Below, piece after piece: positions 9,092 to 17,900 of a stretch of 24,811 nucleotides of DNA (positions within the stretch are counted from its first letter, which is position 1; every line of letters begins with the position of its first letter). A program made the translations under genes and the position numbers. The stretch comes from Eubacteriales bacterium. Its GTDB lineage: Bacteria; Bacillota; Clostridia; Oscillospirales; CAG-272. The stretch covers positions 1 through 24,811 of the forward strand of contig JAZNFR010000187.1 of the NCBI GenBank assembly GCA_045576055.1. Direction: 5' to 3'. Below the pieces are notes generated by a model. That model searched no databases and had not been told where the DNA came from. It saw only the letters and a program-made list of their open reading frames with translations.

Positions 9092-9567
9092 GCCTCGTGT
9101 CCGAACCCCATTCGAAGCAATGCTTTGAAGAGGTGGTCGAGAGCTCTTCCTGCGCCACAAAAAAAGGACACCATTTTTGGTGTCCTTTGTGAAAATGCAA
9201 AAGAACACAAACGAGGGATACATTTTCTTATAAAAATGCACTTCGGCAAGCCTTATGCTAGCGAGCTGACAACGGCTTTTGCCTCGTGTCCGAACCCCAT
9301 TCAAAGCAAAGCTTTGAAGAGGTGGTCGAGAGCCCTTCCTGCGCCACAAAAAAAGGACACCATTTCTGGTGTCCTTTGTAAAAATGCAAAAGAACACAAA
9401 CGAGGGATGCATTTTCTTATAAAAATGCACTTCGGCAAGCCTTATGCTAGCGAGCTGACAACGGCTTTTGCCTCGTGTCCGAACCCCATTCAAAGCAAAG
9501 CTTTGAAGAGGTGGTCGAGAGCTTTTCCTGCGCCACAAAAAAAAGACACCATTTTTGGTGTCCTTTG
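9092..9567. repeat. 189-bp tandem repeat, about 2.5 copies, directly downstream of tRNA-Ser
   Basis: Units start at 9092, 9281 and 9470 (GCCTCGTGTCCGAACCCC...); units 1 and 2 differ at 6 of 189 positions by manual comparison; the third is truncated by the tRNA. Confidence 0.95.
9537..9566 (-). terminator. Intrinsic terminator of tRNA-Ser (repeated in each 189-bp unit)
   Basis: Minus strand GGACACC-AAAAAT-GGTGTCT followed by a T-tract (8 consecutive T) right after the CCA end. Confidence 0.85.
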
Positions 9568-9654
9568 TGGCGCAGGAAGAGGGATTCGAACCCCCGTGCC
9601 GTTAGGCAAACGGTTTTCAAGACCGCCTCGTTATGACCGCTTCGATATTCCTGC
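9568..9654 (-). tRNA. tRNA-Ser, anticodon TGA
   Basis: GCAGGAA TA TCGAAGCGGTCATAACGA G GCGGT CTTGAAA ACCGT TTGCCTAACGGCAC GGGGG TTCGAAT CCCTC TTCCTGC G CCA: 87 nt, 7-bp acceptor stem, class II variable arm, G73 discriminator, encoded CCA. Confidence 0.95.
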
Positions 9655-9700
9655 GTATTTAAATACACGGTTCTCTTTGCAAAATGTCTCGTGCTTAAGT

Positions 9701-9729
9701 ATAATATCACATTTTTTTTCGTCTGTCAA
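9701..9729 (-). promoter_or_regulatory. sigmaA-type promoter for tRNA-Ser
   Basis: Minus strand TTGACA (9729-9724), 17 bp, TATTAT (9706-9701) with TG motif. Confidence 0.75.
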
Positions 9730-9953
9730 TATTTTTTTGATTTTTCTTGAAAATATTTAAAATCCCTCGTTAATTGTTAATTTTTTGTTACGAAACTTAA
9801 AATTTATTCTTAACAAATTTCGATTTTTTTGTGCCGTTGAGCCCTTTTGCCATGGGGGTTTTGCCATTTTTCTTTCGACAAAAATCGTCTTTTTATTTTC
9901 GACTATATTCTTCCTTATTATATTATTTCTTACAAAATTAACATTTAAAACCA

Positions 9954-9982
9954 TTGACTTGATATAGAAAATATGTTAAAAT
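9954..9982 (+). promoter_or_regulatory. sigmaA-type promoter for the five-gene envelope operon
   Basis: TTGACT (9954-9959), 17 bp, TAAAAT (9977-9982) with an extended -10 TG; about 120-nt leader to ATG 10109. Confidence 0.7.
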
Positions 9983-10108
9983 GAAATCGCAAAATTGCTA
10001 TAGTGCTTGGCTTTGTCGACACTTTTGAGCAATATAAAGTAGCAATGCTATTAAAATTGCACACTCTAATTAGTGTGATAACAAAAAAATCAAAGTGAGA
10101 TTGGATTT

Positions 10109-11569
10109 ATGTATCAGTTAATCATTTTTTCTGCTGTGGCACTTTTATGTCTTCTTGCTTTCTTTGTTTTTAGAAAGCGCGAGTCGAAATTTGACGTTTT
10201 TTTGAAGATTATAACTGTTCTATTTTGTGTAATAGGTTTTGTTAGATTCTTCTTGCCAGATTCCTTTGCTTTCTTGTATAACGGAGCCGTAGTTGGTGTT
10301 GGAGATAATAAGCAGCAGGTTTTTGAGCACGACTATCTACAAACTATTTTAAGATGGGGTTATTTCTCTGCTTACTCTATTCTTCCTATGGCGGTATTTT
10401 ACAAGGGACGCTTCTTTAAGAATGTGGCTTCCTATTTCACCTTGCCATTCGCGGTAGCTTCAGCTATCTACTTCAACGATTTTATGAAGTATTTCTTCGA
10501 AGATGAGCGTATGGGAACCATCAATCTACATATGAATAACGGATTAAGATATGCATTCTTTATTTTAGAGCTTGTTTTGGCAATTTCAATTCCTATCCTA
10601 GTTCAAATAAAGGATAAGCACTATTTCAATGTAAAGAGCCCACGTGAGTGGATTAGATTTGTTGCAGGTCTTATCTGCATTATTCCAATCACCATGCCAA
10701 TATACTCGTTGCAATCCTTGGTTGGCTTCGACTCACTTCGTAGACCGCCAATGTTTGGCACCTTCCATTTCTTATGGATAGGCATTACAGTGGTTGCTAT
10801 TTTGGCACTTTACTTTATGTTCCGATTCAAAACATACGAAGAGCGTCTTATGCTTTGCATGTTCTTAACACTTGTATTGTTCTTCCATTATAATTCATTC
10901 TACTTGTCTGGAATTACAATCAAGCGCTTACCATTCCAGCTTTGTAACATTGCTTGCTATTTCTACCTCGTTGCGATGGTATTTAAATTCAAAAAGATGT
11001 TCCACTTCTGCTTCCTTGCAAATATCGTTGGTACTATAATTGCGATATTTGTATTCGACGTTTCAGCAGGCTGGACCTCACTTAACACTATTCACTATAC
11101 ACTTGAGCACTCACTTGTTCTTATTGTTCCTGCTTTAGTTATGGGACTTCGTATTTTCCCACGTGTAACGCTTAGAAGCTTTAAGTACTACTTTGTTGGA
11201 TTTACAGCATTTTTCCTATTCGTCTTTATTGTAGGTACTGTTTTAAATGGCTACTCCGATGTAACTAACGAAACAGTTAACTATTTCTACATATTTGACC
11301 GAAAGATGCTTTTTGGAGAAGGTGGTTTCGTAAGATTCCTTTCCTTCTTAGAGGACTGGGAAATAAAATTTGGAAGATTCGAGATTTATCCATTAATTGC
11401 TATAACCGTTTATGCTGGATTCTCTGCCCTTTCATTCTTATTCTATCTTTTTGTCAGATTTTTATACAGATTCGAGGACGACCATTTGGAGCTTCGTCGC
11501 TCGAGTATAGAATTATACGAAAAAATTTCTCATAGAAAATCAATCCGTCCTAAGGACTATATTGATTAA
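10109..11569 (+). CDS. YwaF/TMEM164-family polytopic membrane protein with a duplicated N-terminal half
   Basis: C-terminal half has YwaF-type motifs MFGTFH (215-220), RLPFQLCNIA (C279), HYTLEH (Y330, H334) and NYFYIF; very hydrophobic throughout. Confidence 0.75.
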   Translation: MYQLIIFSAVALLCLLAFFVFRKRESKFDVFLKIITVLFCVIGFVRFFLPDSFAFLYNGAVVGVGDNKQQVFEHDYLQTILRWGYFSAYSILPMAVFYKGRFFKNVASYFTLPFAVASAIYFNDFMKYFFEDERMGTINLHMNNGLRYAFFILELVLAISIPILVQIKDKHYFNVKSPREWIRFVAGLICIIPITMPIYSLQSLVGFDSLRRPPMFGTFHFLWIGITVVAILALYFMFRFKTYEERLMLCMFLTLVLFFHYNSFYLSGITIKRLPFQLCNIACYFYLVAMVFKFKKMFHFCFLANIVGTIIAIFVFDVSAGWTSLNTIHYTLEHSLVLIVPALVMGLRIFPRVTLRSFKYYFVGFTAFFLFVFIVGTVLNGYSDVTNETVNYFYIFDRKMLFGEGGFVRFLSFLEDWEIKFGRFEIYPLIAITVYAGFSALSFLFYLFVRFLYRFEDDHLELRRSSIELYEKISHRKSIRPKDYID

Positions 11570-11583
11570 TAAAGGAGACCGCT

Positions 11584-12333
11584 ATGTCAGATACAGAAAC
11601 AAAATATTTGCTTGAGATAAAAAATCTTACAAAGCACTATGGTGAATCTAAGGTTAATGCTGTTGAGGACCTTTCAATTTCCCTAAAGGAAGGCGAAATA
11701 TACGGTTTCTTAGGTCCAAATGGTGCAGGAAAAAGTACAACAATCAAAAGCCTTGTAGGAATTTATCCTTTCCAACAGGGTGATATTCTTGTTGATGGAA
11801 TTTCTATCAAAACAAACCCACTTGAGGCGAAAAGAAAAATAGGATACGTTTCTGATAACCACGCTGTTTTCGAGCGTCTTACTGGTTATGAATACGTAAA
11901 CCATATTGCTAATCTATATAAGGTTGATCCAGCCGACGCTGAGATGCGTACAAACCGTTTGCTCGATATATTCAAGCTTCGCGCAGCATTCCATCAACCT
12001 ATCAAGAGCTACTCACATGGTATGAAGCAAAAGATTTCAGTTATCGGTGCTCTTGTGCACAACCCTAAGCTTTGGGTTCTTGACGAACCACTTACAGGTC
12101 TTGACCCACAAAGCTCATATCAGCTTAAAAAGGTTATGAAGCAGCATGCAAGAGAGGGAAACACCGTTTTCTTCAGCTCACATATTCTTGACGTTGTTGA
12201 AAACCTCTGCAATCGTTGCTGCATCATAAAAAAAGGTAAGCTACAAGGCGTTTACAATATTGCCGAGCTTAAGGCGCGAGGCGAATCCCTTGAAGAAATA
12301 TTCGTAAGCGTTATTGGTGAGGAGGATAAATGA
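11584..12333 (+). CDS. ABC transporter ATP-binding protein (ABC-2/exporter type)
   Basis: Walker A GPNGAGKST, signature YSHGMKQK, Walker B LWVLDEP, H-loop FSSH; AAAGGAG RBS. Confidence 0.95.
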   Translation: MSDTETKYLLEIKNLTKHYGESKVNAVEDLSISLKEGEIYGFLGPNGAGKSTTIKSLVGIYPFQQGDILVDGISIKTNPLEAKRKIGYVSDNHAVFERLTGYEYVNHIANLYKVDPADAEMRTNRLLDIFKLRAAFHQPIKSYSHGMKQKISVIGALVHNPKLWVLDEPLTGLDPQSSYQLKKVMKQHAREGNTVFFSSHILDVVENLCNRCCIIKKGKLQGVYNIAELKARGESLEEIFVSVIGEEDK

Positions 12334-13958
12334 GAAACGTCCTCTTGCTTTTAAAGCTTCAGCTTGATAACCAAAGCGACCTTTTAAAAACCCTTAACCC
12401 TAAAAAGATGATTCCCGCTATACTCAAAACAGTTGCTTTGCTAGTTTTAGGCATTATAGCACTCAGCTTTGCAATATCGCAAGTAACGGGAATGCGAGTT
12501 TTGGTAACCCAAGAGCTTTTGGCAATTGTTCTTCTTGCAACACAAATTGTTTCACTTGTGTTTGCAACAGGAAACATAATTAACACGCTGTATATGAGCA
12601 ATGATAATGAAATGCTCTTCTGCTTGCCTGTTACGCCAAATCAGCTTTTCATCTCTAAGATTCTTAAAATTTACATAAACGAGGTTAAGGTCAACGCAAT
12701 GATTTCCATACCACTATTCTACGTGCTTGGTTCATATGCAAAGCCAACCTTCGCTTTCGGTTATTATCTATCAATAATTCCTTTACTTATAATTATGCCT
12801 ATTACACCTATCGTTTTAGGCGCAGTTATTAGTATACCAGCTATGATTATAATTAAGTTCTTGAAAAAGCATGCCGTTCTTTCGGTTGTTGTTGTTTTCT
12901 CCTTAATTGCTTCCTTGTTAACTGCATATATGTATGTTCTCGGTAAGCTTGCACCTATTTTCACCAACATTGACTTAATGGGTGCGCAGCAGTATGATTC
13001 GTTAAGAACCATCAATAATTTTATTAATAGCTTTGGTCCAAAGATTGGTTTCTATTACCAATTATCTGGTGCTATGCTTGACTTGCGTACTTATGGATAT
13101 GTATATCCTATATTTATTGCCGCTTGCATCGTTGTTGCTGCAGCTACAATATTCTTCACAAGATATTTCTTTTTCAAGGCTGCTATGTCAAACCTTGAAA
13201 AAACGGTTAAGAAGAAGCGTGAGCGCAAATACGACACCTTCAAAAAAAGAGGAGTTGTTGCTTCCCTTTTCTTGAAAGAATTTTACTGCGTATTCCGTTC
13301 TCCTTCTGACATATTTGAATATTTCTTATTCACAATTCTTATGCCATTCATCGTATTCTCTTGCGACAAGCTTTTAGTTGGCGTTGCAATAGATATGGGT
13401 GGTACAAATATGAAGCCTGGTGCCCACCTTATGGTACTTGCTATTTTAGCTATGCTATCTAACGTTTCATCAGCTTCAGCTATTTCACGTGACGGAGGAA
13501 ACTTCTATTCCTCTAAGATTATCCCTGTAAGCTTTTACTCACAAATGTTTGTAAAGTTTTTATTTAATGCGACCTTCACTTCTATAGCACTTATAATTAC
13601 TGCTATTACGTCGTTCTTCCTATTCCCTGCTTGGGAGGTAATTCTTGGTACTATTGCAGTAATGCTAGCAGCTGCTGGTCATATTGCATACTGCATTGAT
13701 AGTGATATAAAGAACCCTACCGTTGCAACTGAAGGTAACGACCAAGCCTCTATTGTTAGTAAAACCACACCAAAGAGCCTTGTTTATGGCTTTGCGGTAG
13801 GCTTTATTATGGGATTCTTCTTAATGCTTACAGCATCTCTAGAACTTTCTGTTTTGCCGTACATCATACTCATTGTCGCAGCACTTGTTTTCTTAATTTA
13901 TAGATTAAACAACCTAATATTAAGAATCAACCTCAAGTATGACAAGATAGAAATGTAA
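12330..13958 (+). CDS. ABC exporter-type permease, two-domain, about 12-14 TM
   Basis: Related motifs in each half: LYMSNDNEMLFCLPVTPNQLFISK and AISRDGGNFYSSKIIPVSFYSQMFVK; ATGA overlap with the ATPase gene. Confidence 0.85.
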   Translation: MRNVLLLLKLQLDNQSDLLKTLNPKKMIPAILKTVALLVLGIIALSFAISQVTGMRVLVTQELLAIVLLATQIVSLVFATGNIINTLYMSNDNEMLFCLPVTPNQLFISKILKIYINEVKVNAMISIPLFYVLGSYAKPTFAFGYYLSIIPLLIIMPITPIVLGAVISIPAMIIIKFLKKHAVLSVVVVFSLIASLLTAYMYVLGKLAPIFTNIDLMGAQQYDSLRTINNFINSFGPKIGFYYQLSGAMLDLRTYGYVYPIFIAACIVVAAATIFFTRYFFFKAAMSNLEKTVKKKRERKYDTFKKRGVVASLFLKEFYCVFRSPSDIFEYFLFTILMPFIVFSCDKLLVGVAIDMGGTNMKPGAHLMVLAILAMLSNVSSASAISRDGGNFYSSKIIPVSFYSQMFVKFLFNATFTSIALIITAITSFFLFPAWEVILGTIAVMLAAAGHIAYCIDSDIKNPTVATEGNDQASIVSKTTPKSLVYGFAVGFIMGFFLMLTASLELSVLPYIILIVAALVFLIYRLNNLILRINLKYDKIEM

Positions 13959-13973
13959 TTCAAAGGATTTAAT

Positions 13974-14924
13974 ATGAAAAAAGCTTTATTGATTATACTT
14001 TTACTTTTGCCTATTATTCTTGTTGTGGTAGTTGCCGTTGCAGGATACTTCGCTGCAGAGCTTGGTCCACGTACCCCTGTTGAGTCTATTGAATTTGTCG
14101 ACAAGCGTGGCAACCCTTATACATCCGAAATTGAATTCAAGGTAGAACAAAAGGGTAAGCCTAAACAGGTTTTCGTTCGTGTCCTACCAGAAGCGGCAAA
14201 TAATAAGGCATACACTCTTACCTCTAGCGACCCTGATATTTGCTCCGTTTACACGGTTGTTGAAGATGGTCTTGAAAAGATATACATACAAGGTAATCAC
14301 TGGGGAAATACAACAATCACTGCAAAAACAAAGGAAGACAATAAGATTGCAATTCTAAATGTAAGAGTTACCGCAGATAAGCCTTTCGAGGTTAAGCTTT
14401 CACACAAAGAGGTTGAATTGATTGAAAAGTCAACCTTCCAATTAAGCGCTGACGTTGATGCGCCTGTTGCTCTTGACAAAAACGTTATTTATACATCAAG
14501 CGATGATGGAATTGTTAAGGTTGATGCAAATGGTAAGCTGACAGCTGTTAAGGAAGGAACTGCCACAATCACCGCTACAACCGTTAGTGGTGGATTAACA
14601 GACACTTGCGTCGTAACTGTAGAGAAGGGTATATTACCTATATCACTTGACTTCTCCAATCTTGATGTTGAAGTTTTTGAAACTGGTTGCATCTCTAAGC
14701 TTGCTACCTTAAATCTTCGTGAATGCCTACGCGTTCGTGAGGATGTAAATGTAAATGACGTAAAGATTGTTATAAAATCAGGCTCTAGCGCAACTATTTC
14801 AGATGACGGAGTCTTAACTTTTACCGAGTTTAATAAGGTTATAACTCTCTACGCTTATGTCGGCGATATAAACACCCCAACTCATTCATATGAATTAAGA
14901 ATGATTTATAGACCTAATGTTTAA
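13974..14924 (+). CDS. N-terminally membrane-anchored or secreted protein with bacterial Ig-like (Big_2-type) domains
   Basis: MKK plus an about 24-residue hydrophobic stretch; Big_2-like TSSDPDICSV...GNTTITAKT and YTSSDDGIVKVDANGKLTAVKEGTATITATT...CVVTV; third beta-rich C-terminal segment. Confidence 0.8.
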   Translation: MKKALLIILLLLPIILVVVVAVAGYFAAELGPRTPVESIEFVDKRGNPYTSEIEFKVEQKGKPKQVFVRVLPEAANNKAYTLTSSDPDICSVYTVVEDGLEKIYIQGNHWGNTTITAKTKEDNKIAILNVRVTADKPFEVKLSHKEVELIEKSTFQLSADVDAPVALDKNVIYTSSDDGIVKVDANGKLTAVKEGTATITATTVSGGLTDTCVVTVEKGILPISLDFSNLDVEVFETGCISKLATLNLRECLRVREDVNVNDVKIVIKSGSSATISDDGVLTFTEFNKVITLYAYVGDINTPTHSYELRMIYRPNV

Positions 14925-14987
14925 TTTGAGCTTGTGTCCTTCGAGCTTATATTAATAAATTCATTTTAATAAAACAAGGAGAAAAAA

Positions 14988-17900
14988 ATGAAAAGCACAC
15001 TAAGAAAAATTTCAATTTTTCTACTCGTTTTGATGCTATCTACTTTTTGCTTGATTGCTTGTGGTGCAAATAACATCACAACAGACACATCAACAAACAG
15101 TAGCTCTGACACCGAAACAGACTCATCCACTGCCCCTATTTTCTACGGGCTCGACCTTCGCGCAGACAAGACTAGCGCTCTTCGTCAAGACAAGATTAAT
15201 CTTCAAGCCGTTCTCGTTTACGGCGAAACCGAAGAACCTCTTTTTGAAGACGTTGAATACTACATTGTAGAAGGCGAACAACATGCAACACTTGATGGCT
15301 ATGTTCTTACTATTAAGGGCACAGCAGCTCATAACGGCATCATCAAGGTTCAAGCACGTGAAGGCGCGACCATTTCAAATATTCTTGAAATTAAGGTTTC
15401 TGTTCCAGCAACCGACCTTACAATTAGCGCAAATGGTGTTACAAACATTTTAGCTGGTCAAAACCAAATTATCAAAGCAGAAATCACACCACAAGGTGCT
15501 GAAAACAATGTTGTTTACACCATTACTGAAGGTGCAGAATATGCTGCATTTGATTCCAATGTATTAGAAGTTTCAAGTACTGCTCCAACAGGCGCTACTA
15601 TTAAGGTTAAGGCTTCCATTGGTGAGCTTGAAAGTAATGAGCTTACATTTACTGTAGGTTATCCTCTTGAGTCAATCGTTGCAACACTTGCTCCAACTAA
15701 CATCTTAGCAGGTGGCAATGCTCCTATCTCTGTTACATTGACTCCTTCTAACTCTACAAACGCTAACTACACTTGGGAATTTGTTGAAGGTGGCGACTAC
15801 GCTACTATCGTAAACAACATAGTAACTGTTAACGCTGATGCTCCTACTGGTGCTATCGTTAAATTCAAGGCTGTTTGTGGCGATGTTGAAAGCGACGTTC
15901 TATCATTTATCGTTGGTTATCCAATGAAGGACATTGATGTAACATTTGCAGCAACAAATATCGTTGCAGGCTTCAATGCTCCTATTTCAGTTACAACAAC
16001 ACCAAGCAACACTACAAGCGTTTACACTTGGGAATTTATCGAGGGTGGCGAGTATGCTACTATTGTAAATGGTATGGTAACTGTTAATGCTAACGCTCCT
16101 ACAGGTACTGTTGTTAAATTCAAGGCTGTTTGTGGCGAAATTGAAAGTAATGTATTTACATTTACTGTAGGTTATCCTATTGAATCAATCAACGCAACAT
16201 TTACAAAGCCTAACATTGAAGCAGGCGATAGCGCTTCTATTTCAGTTTCAACAACACCAAGCAACACTACAAGCGTTTACACTTGGGAATTCATCGAGGG
16301 TGGCGAGTATGCTACTATCGAAAACAACATAGTAACTGTTAACGACAACGCTCCTACAGGTGCTGTTGTTAAATTCCGTGCTGTTTGTGGAAAGATTTCA
16401 AGTAAGACATTTACATTTATTGTAGGTTATCCTCTTGAAGCTCTCAAGGTTGCTTTCTCAGCAACTAACATTATTGCAGGTGAAAGCGCTCCTATCTCTG
16501 TTACATTAACACCATCAAATGCAACAAATGGCGATTACACTTGGGAATTCATCGAGGGTGGCGATTATGCTTCTGTTATAAACGGCATGGTAACTGTTAA
16601 TGCTAACGCTCCTACAGGTACTGTTGTTAAATTCAAGGCAGTAGCTGGAAACATTTCAAGCGATGAATTATCATTCACAGTTGGATATCCTCTCTCCTCT
16701 ATTATAGCTACACTTGTTGGCTCATCCGCTAATATGGAGCCTGGCACAACTGCTCAGCTTGCAGCAAAGCTCAACCCAACTAACACAACAAATGGTGAAT
16801 ACACTTGGGAAATTATAGAAGGTAACGATTTTGTTACTCTTACAACAGCAAATGATGCAACATTAATCACAATCAAGTCCGAAACTCCTATCGGTTCAGT
16901 TGTAAAGATTGTTGCTAAGTCTACTGACGGCATGATTACAAGTAATGTTCTCACTATCGAGGTTGGTACTCCTATTGAATCTGTTGTTCTTTCTACAGAT
17001 GCACCAGCTATACTCGACCGCGATGGTACATACGAATTTACAGTGGCAGTAACACCAAACAACGCAAGTATGAATGCTCTTTCATGGATTGTTGACGAGG
17101 GTGCACAATATGCAACCTTCAAAAACGGCGTTCTCCATATTGCAAAGAACACTCCTGCAGGCACAAAGGTAACTGTTCACGTTGAAAGTGGTGAGGTAAA
17201 GAGTGACTCATTCACATTTACTGTTGGTATTCCACTTAATACTATTACACTCACATTAAATGCTACTAATGTAAACCCAGGTAGCTCCTGTGTTATCAAC
17301 TATGCTCTTGACCCAGAAAACGCTTCTGACCAAGATGTTAAATGGATTATAGAAAAGGGTGGCGAATATGCTACACTTAAAAACGGAATCTTAGCTGTTA
17401 ACGCTGATGCACCTGTTGGTGCAAAGGTAACATTCTATGCTCAAGTAGTTGATGTAAAGAGTGAACCTATCACAATTACTGTTGGTATTCCTCTTGAAGA
17501 TATCAAGATTGAGCTTAATGGTAATAAGAATGTAAACCCTGGCGCTTCCGCTCAAATCATCACTGAGTTTTTCCCAACAACTGCTACTAACCAAACAATT
17601 ACTTGGAAGTTTGTTAGTGGAGAAGAATATGCAAGCATCAGTGGTAACTTCATCACTGTTAAGGAAGGCACTCCTGTTGGAACAAAGATTAAATTCTACG
17701 CACAAATTGGTGAAATTACAAGTGATCCTATAGAAATTATCGCAGGTACTCCTCTTGAATCTATCACCATTGAGCTTGGCGAAACAAATATCAATCCTGG
17801 CGCATCTGCTCAAATCACAACTACATTCAATCCAACCAACGCTACTAACCAAACAATTACTTGGGTAGTTTCTGATGGTAAGGATTATGTAAGCATCTCT

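Noticed and set aside
9092-9567. Possible CRISPR array
   Set aside because: Units are near-identical along their whole length with no unique spacers, are far too long, and no cas genes are present.
9144-9578. tRNA 3'-end copies as attL/attR of an integrated element
   Set aside because: The copies are inverted relative to the tRNA and only 189 bp apart; there is no integrase and no distant direct copy in the window.
9041-9760. 239-aa plus-strand ORF with a 63-aa repeat, and minus-strand ORFs 9052-9249, 9089-9538 and 9447-9710
   Set aside because: They lie on the 189-bp repeat (a multiple of 3, so frames stay open) and overlap the tRNA gene; no convincing RBS, and several frames are open at once.
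9757-9967. ORFs 9757-9954 (-) and 9785-9967 (+)
   Set aside because: Low-complexity translations of an AT-rich promoter region, without RBS; the plus ORF runs over the -35 box.
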